64,000 nt of DNA from Eledone cirrhosa (Eukaryota), in the NCBI GenBank assembly GCA_964016885.1, contig OZ024743.1, positions 22,878,001 to 22,942,000 of the forward strand, written 5' to 3'. Below are positions 1 to 14,322 of the stretch, in pieces. The notes below the pieces were generated by a model that worked only from the letters and a program-made list of their open reading frames with translations, was not told the DNA's origin and did no database searches. Position numbers and translations under genes: made by a program. Position 1 is the first letter of the stretch, and every line of letters begins with the position of its first letter.

Positions 1-922
1 CACAGGTGCGCACGCACACATACATTTCTATAGGCACACATATACGCACACATATACACACTTGTGCACAGGTATATATACATAGACAAGTGCAGATAGC
101 TCAAACACACGCTCATACACACACCTATTGGCACACCTACTACGTAGGAAAGTTTACACACTCACACACGCACCATGTTAGATTACGCACTTGCGCACAA
201 GTTCATTAACACATACCCAGACACTGATGCGTGTAAGTATACTCACGTACACTCACGTACACTCACGTACACTCACGTATGCTCACGTACACTCACGTAT
301 ACTCACGTATACACATGTTTTACACACATAGAGACCGCCTTCACAATACACACACATACATTCATATACACATACCTACATTCATGCATATATGTACACG
401 TACACGTTCACATACATTCTCTCGCATATGCACTCAGTCTCCAACATATACATTGACATACACCAACACAACAGCATACATACATTTATTCACATATGAC
501 GACAAAGACAAATACGTGCGAGACCTTACAGAAACATTCATATTAACAGATACACATTCACATATATGCAGATATATACACGTGCATAAACATGCATACA
601 CATATATATATTCACACACACACACACACACATACGCTTCTACATACACGCATATAGCCACGCTTGCGCACTTATTCATACACACATACATTACATGCAC
701 ACAAATATTTACACACATTACATATATAAATACATACATACATACATGCGCACAAACATTTACACACACTACATACATGCATACATACATACATACATAC
801 ATACATACATACATGCATGCATATATACATACATACATACATACATACATACATGCACACAAACATTTACACACACTACATACATACATAAATACATACA
901 TACATCCATGCATACATACGTA
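1..922. repeat. Low-complexity (CA)n/(TACA)n microsatellite region, including a 10-bp ACTCACGTAY tandem at ~241-310
   Basis: Directly visible; the overlapping ORFs are H/T/Y/I or V/C/M repeats. Confidence 0.9.
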
Positions 923-1480
923 CATGGTGGCTGCCAACTCGTTTTTGAGTACGGCCACTACTTTATATCCATGTAAGAGAACCCCTACCGATGCGCTGAA
1001 CGAGTGTGACTTTTTAGTCCAGCCAGCGACTTGAAAACTCTGGTACAAACACTACACTTGTGACAATTACTGACACATAGTGCTGGGCCCATGGTACCAT
1101 GTGATGACAAGTGCAGAGACATCTCCAGGTATAAAGCAATGACTGTGCCGTGAAGCTTTTATAGTGAGCAAAGGCACTGCACAAAGCCAGTCCCACTCTC
1201 TTGACCAAGATGATATTTACCAAAAAGAAGAACAAGTCAACATCATTGGATACCATCAGGGTTGCAGGTGTTATATCAGAGTTTTCCTCCTTCTAGAATT
1301 CTGCCTCGACTAAGACTAAGGGGTCATCTCTCCCGGTGATTTTGGATGGCCATTGACTCTTAAGAGGTCCTTTGCCCTTTGACAGGTTTTGTTTTTAGTC
1401 TTGCAGGATGTCCAAAGTCACCCTCCTCACCAAGAAACCTTGGTGGGGATGCCTGTTTAGTCGCGAACGACCCGACCATG
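923..1480 (-). mobile_element. Short non-autonomous RTE-derived element (5'-UTR motif joined to an RTE-like 3' end) with (TGTA)n tail
   Basis: 1260-1340 resembles the RTE 5' region at 20580-20670 (minus: GGGAGAGATGACCCCTTAGTCTTAGTCGAGGCAGAATTCTAGAAGGAGGAAAACTCTGATATAACACCTGC). The 3' end GGCCGTACTCAAAAACGAGTTGGCAGCCACCA runs into (TGTA)n, and a second such 3' end lies at 1525-1565. Confidence 0.55.
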
Positions 1481-1601
1481 AGTACATACGTACATACATG
1501 CATACATACATACATACATACATACATGATGGCTGCCCCCTCGTTATCGAGTATGGCCATTGCACGAGAAGAAAAAAATAAAATAAAATAAAATAAAATA
1601 A

Positions 1602-1647
<46 letters not shown>

Positions 1648-1889
1648 TTTTCTTTATTAACCACAAGGGTTTACATAAAGTAGACATTAAGGAGAGTACA
1701 GGACAATACAGGACGGTACAAATGGGCATTTCTGCGTGTAAAAAAACAGAGGTTGAAATAAAATAACAAAGAAAAATTCCCCAATACGGGGGAGACTTCC
1801 GAGGGACATTTGTGGAGAAAGCCCATTAAAAGACCACAGTGGCCCTGACCACCAGGGCAAGTGCCCTCTCCCAGTTTTCCACCTTTAAT

Positions 1890-4800
1890 TTACAGACACA
1901 TACTCAGAGAAAGCCCATTCATTCGGGCCATACTTGCTTCTCTCACCCATCTTTCAACAAAATGCTGGGAAGAGAGCACTTCCCTCTCTACCCTGATTTT
2001 CCTTTTCAAATTAAATTTGAAAAAGTTAATCAGGGCATCACCGAAGAGGTAAGTGCTCGTCTTCAGCCCTTTCAAACGTGTCCACCATACTATCTCTTTC
2101 GCCATGGCCACCAGACAGATAAAAACTGCCTGCCCTTCCCGGATAAAGGAAGGGGGCGGGGCAATCCTCACGATGGACTCAGCTGATAGCTGGATCCGTC
2201 CTACACGTGACAGCAGGTGTTCGACATAAACCCACAAGTCAGCAATGCTCGGACACTGGACGAGTGCGTGCAGGACGGTTTCGTCGCCCTGCGCGCATCT
2301 CGGACATGCCCGGCTGACGGCACCTCCATGCCTGTAGAGTTTATCCCGAACTGGCAAAGCTCCTCGGTAGCACTGCCAGGCCAGGGGATTCTGGAAGTTG
2401 TCCATAGGCCCCGGCCCGAAAGTCCTTCCGAAGAGATTGGCTAGTTGATTTTCGTCGACGCCGAGAGTTTCTCCAAGTACGTCGTCGCTCTTCCCCTCCA
2501 CTAAGCCCCTATAGAACGCCAAGGTGGAGTTTCCACCGATCACATTGCCCGATTGGTCGAGGGCTGTGAGCGCCTGAAGACATTCCAGTCTCCAAGCGCT
2601 CCCTCTCGGTCTTCGCTTGACCCAGGACGGCAGCTCCGTCAAGGAGACGAGCTGGGGAAAACGTGTCTAGCAAACGGCGACCACACCTGATCACCGTCGA
2701 GGAAGAGGTGGAGATGTCGTAGCCTGAGCGCGTCTCTGCGCATCATCAGCCACGGCATGCCCAGCCCTCCACGTAGCGGGTGTTGACAGCAGATGGACCG
2801 CCTGACCATCGGAGCGCGTCCCTTCCACAAGAAGCGAAAGAGCAAACGCTCCAGCGCAGTCAGGCGGGGCTTAGGACAAGGTACGACGGTCAGGCGGTAG
2901 TAGATGACGGACGCGATGTACGCGTTAGCCACCTCCGCTCGACCTTTCAGGGATAGCTTCCTCTCGGCCCATTTCTGGGTGAGAGAAGCCACCCTGCTCG
3001 TCACCTCGTCCCAGTTTTTGTCCGTCTGGAGGTCTGGACCGAACCAGACCCCTAGCAATTTAATCGGTCCGTCCGTCCAGCGCCCGACGACGTTGTTGGA
3101 CGGCATGGACCTGCCTCTCCAGGTGCCGAGGTGCAGGCCCACTGACTTTTCCTGGTTGATCATTGCTCCTGTCACCGCTTCGTATTCTCTTAGTGTAGTG
3201 CCGATCGCCTCGATGTGTTTGGCGTTCGACACCACTACGGTGACATCGTCGGCATATGCTGACACGGATCTTCCGCATCCTAGTTCGCGCGGGACCCCCC
3301 TCAACGTCTCCAGTTTGTGCAGTAATGGCTCGAGAGTCAATACGTACAATAGGGACGAGAGGGGACATCCTTGGCGGACCGAGCGCATGATGTTGAACGG
3401 TTCCGAAAGGTGACCGTTCACTCTCACTACAGAGCAGATGTCGCTGTGCATGGCAGCGATCCAGCCTCTGAAGACGGGCCCAAAGCCAGCCGCCCTCAGG
3501 ACTGCCGCTAGGTAACGATGGTCGACCCTATCGAAGGCTTTCGATTGATCTAAATTGATCAAAGACCCACCCTTGCCAGATTCCCTAGCTACCCTCTCTA
3601 CGATGTATCGCATGAGGTGGAGGTTGTCGTGGATGGATCTGTCGGGAATGGCGCATGTCTGTGCCTCTCCCATCAGACTACCAACGGCAAGCGCCAACCT
3701 CTTTGCTAGCACCTTGGCCAAAATCTTGAACTCTGTGTTTAGCAGAGTTATGGGCCTAAAATTATCTATGTTATCCCCCTTGTTCGGATCCTTTCTCAGC
3801 AGCGCCACCGCTCCTCGGCTCACAGAGCTGGGAATTCTCCCGTTCTGTTGCCAGTTGCAGTAGACGTCCGCCAAGAGGCCTCCGAACAAGTTTGGCATTT
3901 GTACGTAAAGTTCATAGGGCAGACCATCCAAACCAGGCGAATTACCCCTTGTGCAACTAGTCATTGCATCCCGTACTTCAGCGGTTGTTATCGGCTTTTC
4001 GCAACACTCCGCCTCAGTGGCCGAAAGCCGCGGCAGTCCGTCGAGGTAGACACTAAAGTCCATCCCTCGATCCGGCCCGCCACTGCCCCCGAACAGTTGA
4101 GCGAAGTGTCGCTGAAAAGCTTCACACATTTTCCCGGGATCGAGTAGCATGCGCCCATCGTGGTCCACCAAAGACCGGATCGTGGCTTTGTTGCCACGAC
4201 GCGCCTCCGCCACTCGGGCCCATTGAACGGCTTTCGTCCCCTCGTGTCTGAGAGCACGCACCCTAGCTCTGACAACGCAGCCTTCGTGCTTTGCATTGAA
4301 GAATTGGTCAAGGGCCAATTTCGCCGCAAGTACGTCGGTCGCGATGCCTTTGCTAAGCGCCTCATCTAATTTTCTAACTAGTTCTCCCTCTGCTCTATTT
4401 TTCTCTATTGCTCTATTTTCTCTATTGCTCTATTTTTCTCTATTGCTAAAGTCTTACTAAACCTAATGGACTCTATTCTAATTGCTCTTTTCAGAGCAAA
4501 CCACCACTTGTTGATGACGATGGCCCCCGTCAACGCCCGCTTAACTAGTTCGCTAATCCGGTCTCTGTAGGCCTTGCGCGCTGGAAAGGATGCGTTTAGC
4601 TTCCAGTAGCCGGGTCCTCGTCTATGAAGCCTATCTAAGTCAAGCACACAGATCACGAATTTGTGGTCCGTGTAGCTGACTATCTTGAATTGTGGACAGC
4701 CTATGCTAGACCTATCTATTTCCCTACAAAATACTCTATCTAGATATGATCTGGATGACCCTATGCGATTTGTCCAAGTCCACATTGGTACATTCGGGAA

Positions 4801-5281
4801 ATCCATTCGGTACCTGTCAGACAGTTCAAAACGTCTGAGCAGGTTGGTGAGACTCTTGCACCCTCCTTCTCTATCCACTAATCCCACACAATCCCAGCGT
4901 GCATCTAAGATCCCGTTCCAGTCGCCCACTAACACTAAAGAGCGGGACGTTCCAAGAAAGGTCTCCAGACGCCGGAAGAAATCAGGCCGCCCTGCTCCTG
5001 TCGGGGCATAGACGGCCACTAACCTGAAAGCTTGCCCGTCTCCGCTGGTCACGTCCAGCACCACCAACTTACCTTCTGGGTCCAGGAAGATGGCCCGTAT
5101 GGCAAGATCCAAACCTCTCCGAAAAAGCACAGCAACTCCTCCCCCCGATCCCGGACGGCTGGGAGATGCGTACACATCGTAGCCGCCGAAGATCGGTGCG
5201 AAAGCCTGTGCTTCGGAGATTCTGGTCTCGCTGATGGCCACTACATCTATGTTTAGTGCTGCCTATTCTGAGTGAGGTCAT
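1890..5281 (-). pseudogene. Tx1 copy 1 ORF2 (APE endonuclease, reverse transcriptase, CCHC zinc finger), broken
   Basis: ORF pieces 4405-5241, 2639-4318 and 1890-2642. Relative to copy 2 there is a ~62-bp deletion near the start, a ~35-bp tandem expansion at ~4392-4445 and a frameshift near 2655. Confidence 0.9.
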
Positions 5282-5315
5282 GTTGAAAAGGAGTGGAAAA
5301 GATGGGAAAGACCAC

Positions 5316-7317
5316 TTACCTTACTTCTCGTAGGGGAAGGACGGTTTTTCCATCCTTTTCACTGCTTGTGGCCTCCTCAGGAAGGATGTCCTTATAAATC
5401 CTCCTGGAGAGTGCTTGTCGGAAGTCTCCGATGTCTTTGGGGAATTTTTGTTTTAGTGTCATGTACGTTTTCTGTGTGATGCGAGTGATTTGTATGTGTG
5501 GAGGTGGTGTGAATTTTGGAGTTGTTGTGTAGTCTTTTTCTGTGATGCTGGTGTTGTGTTGGATGTAGTGTAATAATTGCTTGTTGTTCAAATTTAATGC
5601 TGTGTAGTGTGTATCGTTTTGGTTGTTTTGTTATTGTTTGCGTTTGTTGTGGGTTTGCTTCTGTTTCGCATTTTGGTGACTTTTGTGGTGTAGGTGATGG
5701 TGGTGTTGGAGTTAATGATGGTGATGGTGTTGGTGTTTGGGTTGATGGGGTTGGTGATGCTGGTGTGGATGGTGGCATATCTGTCCAAACTTTTTTGTTT
5801 CTTAGTTTATTTGTTTCCCTCTGTATTTTGTTTTTGGAGGGAGAAGGAAGAGAATTTTTTCTTTTTTGGTTTCTTTTTTTTTTTTCCGGATATCGTTTCC
5901 CACTCCTCGTCGTCACAATCTGTCTCCAGTTGTGATAGGCCGGGGAGTGGAAAATCCTCCACAGCCGTTAGTTTTGGTTGTGGTGTGGTGGATGGTGTAG
6001 GCGCTGGTGCTAGTTCTTAAGCGTTGGGTGGTGGTGGTGTTGGTTTTGCTGGTGGTGGTAGTGGTGTTGGTTTTGCTACTGTTGCTGGAGTTGTTGCTGT
6101 TATAGTTGCTTCTGTTGTTGCTGCTACAGTTGTTGCTGCCATCTCTGCTACTGGTGGTGTTGATGGTTGTGTCACTGGGGTGGGTAGGAGAGGTGGCCTC
6201 AACCTTTTAGCCTGAGGGCAGAAAGCCCTTAGGTGGGTTCCTTCACCACAAATGACGCACCTAGGTCTTCTGCCCTCGACAATTACCGTGAGGTGGCTGC
6301 CGTCAGTGAGGTCTATTACCTCTGGGATCTCCTCAATGCTTTTTTGGTCCGCTTGGATCAGGAGCTCCATCCCAGATCCGGACCAGTTTTCCTGCTTTTC
6401 TTTTGCTACTGCTATTATTTTCGTGTTGGCTTCGATGCCGGCGAGGACAGTCGCTATTAGCCAGGGAATTTCGATGGCCGGTGGAACGTGGGTCACCCTG
6501 ATCTTTACGAGTCTCTGGCCACAATAGCTTGGGATGAGTGTGAGGTCGTCACTTTTTAATGGGGCCATGGAGTGTTCTCTAGCCTCCTCTGGTGTTTCAA
6601 AGAACACATCCACGGTTCCATACTTTTGCCCACGTCTGATGTGGGTTTTTCTTGCCCACACATGTCCCAAAGCTTTTTGGATTTGGGACTCGGATGCCCG
6701 TTCCACTCGGCGCGATTTTACATTTATTGTTCTATACGACACGGTGTATAGGCGCCGATGCTCCATTTTATTAGGTGGGGGGGGGGGGGAAGGCTGACCC
6801 TGTACCCATCTTTCTTTACCATTTGTTTGGCATTTTCTAAATCTTCTTGAGTTACCGTGAACGCTTCGAATTGTTTTGCTACGATGGCGAAACTGAGGGT
6901 CGGTTTTATATTGTCATTGTTGTTGTTGTTGCTATCGTTATTTGTGTTAATCTTAATTTTTGTTTCAGTTGTGGTGGTGGTGACGTCATTCGTCTTTGGT
7001 GCGGAAGAGTCCATTTTGCTTGATTTCATTTCGACATCACGAGTTAATTTATTTTTTTCTTCTTTTGTTTCTGTTGTCGCGGTGGTGGTGGGGGTGGTGG
7101 TTGTCGCGGTGGTGGTGGTGGTGGAGGCTTTAACACCTGCAGTCATTGGTAATGGCGGGAAATGAATGTCTGCCTGAGACAAATTTAAAATATTGCTACT
7201 GCTTATATTTTTTTTGTGTTGGCAAACGTAGTAACATTTACAATGGTGGTGTCGGTGTGAGGTGTTATTTTGTGAGGAAGGCTTTCAGCTGCTTCGTGCA
7301 GAGGGGAATTAGCCATT
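5316..7317 (-). pseudogene. Tx1 copy 1 ORF1 (nucleic-acid-binding, CCHC knuckle, Pro/Thr-rich), broken
   Basis: Pieces 6724-7182, 6017-6766 (RPRCVICGEGTHLRAFC knuckle) and 5316-5591; frameshifts near homopolymer runs and a stop at ~6017. Confidence 0.85.
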
Positions 7318-7549
7318 TTTTTTTCAAAGAAATTTTTTGATAATAATAAAAGTTAAAATTTTGGGCACAAGGCCCCAATCTTTTTAGGTGTCCTTTTCGG
7401 AAAACAATGTATGTGTGCTTATAAACAGTTAACAATAAAATTTCCCATAAATGGCAATTTTTAACAAACGGAAATAACAAACCTTTGCGGAGCTCACGAT
7501 GATACGATTTACTACGTAGGTCGCCAATAATAATAATAATAATAATAAC

Positions 7550-10500
7550 AATGATCTGAATACTGAGATAAATAATACCTGGAACAGAGATACGGCCACT
7601 GAGGAGATGAATGCTGACGGGCTAGGACAAGATTCGGTTGACATCCTAAATTTAGTGGTAGATGAATTGAACAATGATAGTGGGAGACCTATGAACCTAA
7701 GATTTGTAGACAGGGAAAAGTTAAAAGAAACAACAGCTAAGGTAAACAAAGTCATCCCATACCTTGAGGCGAGGAGCCTTCACCAGTGCAACAATATCCT
7801 CAAAGCAACAGCAAATACGGTGAGGAAACTACTTGGTATAAAAGCGAGAGGAAACAACAGACAAGAAAGAGCAGAGCCGTGGTGGAAGAAGCGACTGAGT
7901 GGGCAAATCGGGGAAATAAGAAATGACATAGGAAAGCTTGAGTCACTACTGAATGGGACACTAAAAAACATAGGCACTAAAAATAGACTGGAAATAAAAT
8001 ACAAAACTAGGAGGAAAAAGCTAAATATTATCATAGAGGAACTGAAGCAACGCATTGTAGCAAAGAGTGCAAAAATCAGGCGATACGAGAACAGAGTCAG
8101 TCAGTATAAACAGAACCGCATGTTCGACAACAACCAGAAGATGCTGTTTGGACAGCTTGAGGGGAAAGAAAGAGGCAACGACTTGATCCCTGGGGCGGAG
8201 CAAACTAAAACATTCTGGAGAGGAATATGGGAGCAGGATGTTAGACATAATGTCCAGGCAGGGTGGATTGAGACAGTACAGAGGGAGATCGGTGAGCAGG
8301 CACAACAACAAACTGATTTGAGTATCACAGTTGAAACTCTTAAGGGGCAGGCCAAAAAACTAACCAACTGGAAATCACCAGGCTCAGATGGTGTGCAGGG
8401 GTATTGGATTAAACATTTAACATCCCTCCACCCGAAGCTGACGGCCATGTTCAATGACTGCTTGGTGTCGGGTGAGTGCCAGAGTGGTTGACAAAAGGTA
8501 CCACAGTTCTGATAATGAAAGACCGAATCAAGGGTAATGATGTTACCAACTATAGACCTATCACATGTCTGTCCGTAATGTGGAAACTGTTGACGAGCAT
8601 TGTGTCTGAGGAAATCTACCATCACCTCCACACAAACAACTTGTTACCGGACGAACAGAAAGGATGCCGAAAGAAGTCACGTGGTACAAAGGACCAGTTA
8701 CTTATTGATAAGATGGTAATGGGGAATTGCAGGAGGAGACACACTGATCTTGCCATGGGATGGATAGACTACAGAAAGGCATTTGACATGGTGCCTCATT
8801 CTTGGATCACCAAAAGCCTGGAGATCTTCAGGGTGGCAGATAACACCAGACAGTTGCTAGGCAGGAGTATGGGGTCCTGGGAGACCGAGTTGACATCAAC
8901 TGGAGTATCCTTAGGAAGCGTGAAGATCAAGAGAGGTATCTTCCAGGGAGATAGCCTGTCCCCTCTGTTGTTTGTCCTTGCCCTGATGCCCTTGACCATT
9001 ATGCTGCGAAAAGTGAGAGCAGGATACAAGTTGGGAAGGGGAGAGCTTACTATCAATCACCTCCTCTTCATGGACGATCTTAAGCTCTTCGGGAAAAGTG
9101 AGAAGGAGTTGGATGTGCTTGTTGACACTGTCCGTATTTTCAGCAGTGATATATGTATGCAGTTTGGTATTGGTAAATGTGGAGTCATTGTGATGAGGAG
9201 GGGTAGGTTGAGCAGAAGTAACGGGATCCAGATACCAACAGGTGAGATGATAAAGGAAATTGACTCTGAGGAAGGATACAAGTATTTGGGCGTTCTGGAG
9301 GCTGATGGCATAAAGAACAAAAAAATGAAGGAATTGTTAAGAACTGAATACATTCGGAGAGTAAGGAGCGTATTGAAGTCACATCTGAACAGCAGAAATG
9401 CCGTAAGCGCAGTAAATTCCCGAGCTGTGTCTATTATTAGGTACAGTGCGGGAATTCTGAGATGGAATGTTGCTGAACAAAAAGAAATGGATAGGAAGAC
9501 TAGGAAGCTATTGACTATCTACAACATGTTCCACAAGAGGAGTGATGTCGATAGACTCTACCTAAGGAGATCTGAGGGTGGAAGAGGTCTTATCAGCATA
9601 GAGGACTGTGTTCAGATGGAGAAAAACAACCTATACAAATACGTGACCTATAGTAAGGAGCCAATGCTCAGAACTGTACTGAAGGAGGGGACAGTAGGCC
9701 AGGGGATGTCCAAGGAGGAAATAACATCAAGGAGGAAGAGCAGCCTTAAGGGAAAATCCCTTCATAGTACCTTCTTTGAGAAAACTGAATTTAGAGATCC
9801 ACAGACATGGAACTGGTTGAGAAGAGGAGACCTCAAAAAGGCTACAGAAGGAATGCTAATGGCTGCGCAGGAGCAGGTCCTCAAAACGAAGTGGTTGAAG
9901 CACCATATTTACAAGGAGGAGGCTAGCCCACTGTGCAGGATCTGTGGAGAGAGAGAGGAGACTGTGGCTCACATTGTGTCCGAGTGTAAACACCTAGCCC
10001 AGACCCACTATAAGGGCTGGAGACACGATGTGATGGGCAGGGTGATCCACTGGCACCTGTGCAAAGTAAACAATTTACCACATTCTGAGAAATGGTATGA
10101 GCATAGGCCAGAGGCGGTGATGGAGAACAATCAGGTGAAGGTGCTGTGGGATTTTAGGATACAGACGGACAAAAAACTGGAACACAATAGACCTGACCTG
10201 GTGGTTGTGGACAAAGAAAAAAGATCGTGTCTGATTGTGGATGTGGCCTGCCCGTTCGACACGAGAGTGCAAGAGAAGGAGAGGGAGAAAATTAACCGAT
10301 ACCAGGACCTAAAGTGGGAGGTGAAAAGGATTTGGAACTGCCATGAAGTCAAAGTGATCCCGATTGTCATAGGCGCACTGGGGACTATCTCCAAAAGTTT
10401 CCAGGGATGGTTAAAGAAAATCGGCCCCTTCACGCTTTTTGGAACGCTTCAAAAGCCATGCTTGCTTGGAACAGCAAGAACCCTCCGATACGTCCTGAAT

Positions 10501-10580
10501 ATCTGAGGCTGCAGGTAGTGGCTTGATATTCAATCCAACGGACTTTCCAGTTAACCAACATCAATGACTGAGATTCAAGG
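7550..10580 (+). mobile_element. 5'-truncated R4/Dong-clade (restriction-like endonuclease) non-LTR retrotransposon in (TAA)n
   Basis: RT motifs [12 protein letters not shown] and HLLFMDD, knuckle [21 protein letters not shown] motif, RLE PD..D (RPDLVVVD...[16 protein letters not shown]); short 3' UTR then (AAT)n. Dong elements are known to target TAA repeats. Confidence 0.9.
7607..10506 (+). CDS. Dong/R4 ORF (RT + zinc knuckle + RLE); one frameshift near 8480, N-terminus missing
   Basis: ORFs 7607-8491 and 8476-10506 (676 aa) join as ...GEC/PEWLTKG. Confidence 0.85.
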
Positions 10581-10589
10581 AATAACAAC

Positions 10590-10626
<37 letters not shown>

Positions 10627-10868
10627 TTTTCTTTATTAACCACAAGGGTTCACATAAAGTAGACATTAAGGACAGTACAGGACAATACAGGACGGTACAA
10701 ATGGGCATTTCTGCGTGTAAAAAAACAGAGGTTGAAATAAAATAACAAAGAAAAATTCCCCAATAGGGGGGAGACTTCCAAGGGACATTTGTGGAGAAAG
10801 CCCATTAAAAGACCACAGTGGCCCTGACCACCAGGGCAAGTGCCCTCTCCCAGTTTTCCAACTTTAAT

Positions 10869-13800
10869 TTACAGACACATACTCAGAGAAGGCCCATTCA
10901 TTCGGGCCATACTTGCTTCTTTCACCCATCTTTCAACTAAATGCTGGGAAGAGAGCACTTCCCTCTCTACTCTGATTTTCCTTTTCAAATGAAATTTGAA
11001 AAAGTTAATCAGGGCATCACCGAAGAGGTAAGTGCTCGTCTTCAGCCCTTTCAAACGTGTCCACCATACTATCTCTTTCGCCATGGCCACCAGACAGATA
11101 AAAACTGCCTGCCCTTCCAGGCTAAAGGAAGGGGGCGGGGCAATCCTCACGATGGACTCAGCTGATAGCTGGATCCGTCCTACACGTGACAGCAGGTGTT
11201 CGACATAAACCCACAAGTCAGCAATGCTCGGACACTGGACGAGTGCGTGTAGGACGGTTTCGTCGCCCTGCGCGCATCTCGGACATGCCCGGCTGACGGC
11301 ACCTCCATGCCTGTAGAGTTTATCCCGAACTGGCAAAGCTCCTCGGTAGCACTGCCAGGCCAGGGATTTCTGGAAGTTGTCCATAGGCCCCGGCCCGAAA
11401 GTCCTTCCGAAGAGATTGGCTAGTTGATTTTCGTCGACGCCTAGAGTTTCTCCAAGTACGTCGTCGCTCTTCCCCTCCACTAATCCCCTATAGAACGCCA
11501 AGGTGGAGTTTCCACTGATCACATTGCTCGATTGGTCGAGGGCTGTGAGCGCCTGAAGACATTCCAGTCTCCAAGCGCTCCCTCTCGGTCTTCGCTTGAC
11601 CCAGGACTACAGCTCCCTCAAGGAGATGAGCTGGGGAAAAACGTGTCTTGCAAACGGCGACCACACCTGATCACCGTCGAGGAAGAGGTGGAGATGTCGT
11701 AGCCTGAGCGCGTGTCTGCGCATCATCAGCCACGGCAAGCCCAGCCCTCCACGTAGCGGGTGTTGACAGCAGATGGACCGCCTGACCATCGGAGCGCGTC
11801 CCTTCCACAAGAAGCGAAAGAGCAAACGCTCCAGCGCAGTCAGGCGGGGCTTAGGACAAGGTACGACGGTCAGGCGGTAATAGATGACGGATGCGATGTA
11901 CGCATTCGCCACCTCCGCTCGACCTTTCAGGGATAGCTTCCTCTCGGCCCATTTCTGGGTGAGAGAAGCCACCCTGCTCGTCACCTCGTCCCAGTTTTTG
12001 TCCGTCTGGAGGTCTGGACCGAACCAGACCCCTAGCAATTTAACCGGTCCGTCCGTCCAGCGCCCGACGACGCTGTTGGACGGCATGGACCTGCCTCTCC
12101 AGGTGCCGAGGTGCAGGCCCACTGACTTTTCCTAGTTGATCATTGCTCCTGTCACCGCTTCGTATTCTCTTAGTGTAGTGCCGATCGCCTCGATGTGTTT
12201 GGCGTTCGACACCACTACGGTGACATCGTCGGCATATGCTGACACGGATCTTCCGCATCCTAGTTCGCGCGGGACCCCCCTCAACGTCTCCAGTTTGTGC
12301 AGTAATGGCTCGAGAGTCAATACGTACAATAGGGACGAGAGGGGACATCCTTGGCGGACCGAGCGCATGATGTTGAACGGTTCCGAAAGGTGACCGTTCA
12401 CTCTCACTACAGAGCAGATGTCGCTGTGCATGGCAGCGATCCAGCCTCTGAAGACGGGCCCAAAGCCAGCCGCCCTCAGGACTGCCGTTAGGTAACGATG
12501 GTCGACCCTATCGAAGGCTTTCGTCTGATCTAAATTGATCAAAGACCCACCCGTGCCAGGTTCCCTAGCTACCCTCTCTACGATGTATCGCATGAGGTGG
12601 AGGTTGTCGTGGATGGATCTGTCGGGAATGGCGCATGTCTGTGCCTCTCCCACCAGACCACCAACGACAAGCGCCAACCTCTTTGCTAGCACCTTGGCCA
12701 AAATCTTGAACTCTGTGTTTAGCAGGGTTATGGGCATAAAATTATCTATGTTATCCCCCTTGTTCGGATCCTTTCTCAGCAGCGCCACCGCTCCTCGGCT
12801 CACAGAGCTGGGAATTCTCCCGTTCTGTTGCCAGTTGCAGTAGACGTCCGCCAAGAGGCCTCCGAACAAGTTTGGCATTTGTGCGTAAAGTTCATAGGGC
12901 AGACCATCCAAACCAGGCGATTTACCCCTTGTGCAACTAGTCATTGCATCCCGTACTTCAGCGGTTGTTATCGGATTTTCGCAACACTCCGCCCCAGTGG
13001 CCGAAAGCCGCGGCAGTCCGTCAAGGTAGACACTAAAGTCCATCCCTCGATCCGGCCCGCCACTGCCCCCGAACAGTTGCGCGAAGTGTCGCTGAAAAGC
13101 TTCACACATTTGCCCGGGATCGAGTAGCATGCGCCCGTCGTGGTCCACCAAAGACCGGATCGTGGCTTTGTTGCCACGACGCGCCTCCGCCACTCGGGCC
13201 CATTGAACGGCTTTCGTCCCCTCGTGTCTGAGAGCACGCACCCTAGCTCTGACAACGCAGCCTTCGTGCTTTGCATTGAAGAATTGGTCAAGGGCCAATT
13301 TCGCCGCAAGTACGTCGGTCGCGATGCCTTTGCTAAGCGCCTCATCTAATTTTCTAACTAATTCTCCCTCTGCTCTATTTTTCTCTATTGCTAAAGTCTT
13401 ACTAAACCTAATGGACTCTATTCTAATTGCTCTTTTCAGAGCAAACCACCACTTGTTGTTGACGATGGCCCCCGTCAACGCCCGCTTAACTAGTTCGCTA
13501 ATCCGGTCTCTGTAGGCCTTGCGCGCTGGTAAGGACGCGTTTAGCTTCCAGTAGCCGGGTCCTCGTCTATGAAGCCTATCTAAGTCAAGCACACAGATCA
13601 CGAATTTGTGGTCCGTGTAGCTGACTATCTTGAATTGTGGACAGCCTATGCTAGACCTATCTATTTCCCTACAAAATACTCTATCTAGATATGATCTGGA
13701 TGACCCTATGCGATTTGTCCAAGTCCACATTGGTACATTCGGGAAATCCATTCGGTACCTGTCAGACAGTTCAAAATGTCTGAGCAGGTTGGTGAGACTC

Positions 13801-14288
13801 TTGCACCCTCCTTCCCTATCCACTAATCCCACACAATCCCAGCGTGCATCTAAGATCCCATTCCAGTCGCCCACTAACACTAAAGAGCGGGACGTTCCAA
13901 GAAAGGTCTCCAGACGCCGGAAGAAATCAGGCCGCCCTGCTCCTGTCGGGGCATAGACGGCCACTAACCTGAAAGCTTGCCCGTCTCCGCTGGTCACGTC
14001 CAGCACCACCAACTTACCTTCTGGGTCCAGGAAGATGGCCCGTATGGCAAGATCCAAACCTCTCCGAAAAAGCACAGCAACTCCTCCCCCCGATCCCGGA
14101 CGGCTGGGAGATGCGGACACATCGTAGCCGCCGAAGATCGGTGCGAAAGCCTGTGCTTCGTAGATTCTGGTCTCGCTGATGGCCACTACATCTATGTTTA
14201 GTGACTTGAGGTCGTTGAGCAGGTGGCCCTGCTTCCATGACGACCCCAAGCCACGCGCATTTATGCTGCCTATTCTGAGTGAGGTCAT
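10869..14288 (-). pseudogene. Tx1 copy 2 ORF2 (APE-RT-CCHC) with two in-frame stops
   Basis: ORFs 12132-14321, 11607-12122 and 10869-11522 are in one frame, separated by TAG codons at ~12132 and ~11607; likely start MTSLRIGSINARG. Confidence 0.9.
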
Positions 14289-14322
14289 GTTGAAAAGGAG
14301 TGGAAAAGATGGGAAAGACAAC

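Larger units (their letters stand above)
1647..7525 (-). mobile_element. Full-length Tx1-clade non-LTR retrotransposon, copy 1 (ORF1 + APE-RT ORF2, disrupted)
   Basis: Flanked by (AAT)n on both sides; near-identical to 10626-16490 with the same ends. ORF2 motifs GDWN, YTDH, VRQGCPLS, AYADD and C-terminal CPRC..ETVLHALVQC; AATAAA near the 3' end. Confidence 0.93.

Noticed and set aside
6-1048. ORFs up to 251 aa rich in H/T/Y/I or V/C/M, and similar ones at 16.4, 28.6, 46.3, 54.5 and 62.6 kb
   Set aside because: Translations of stop-free (CA)n, (TA)n and (TACA)n microsatellites.
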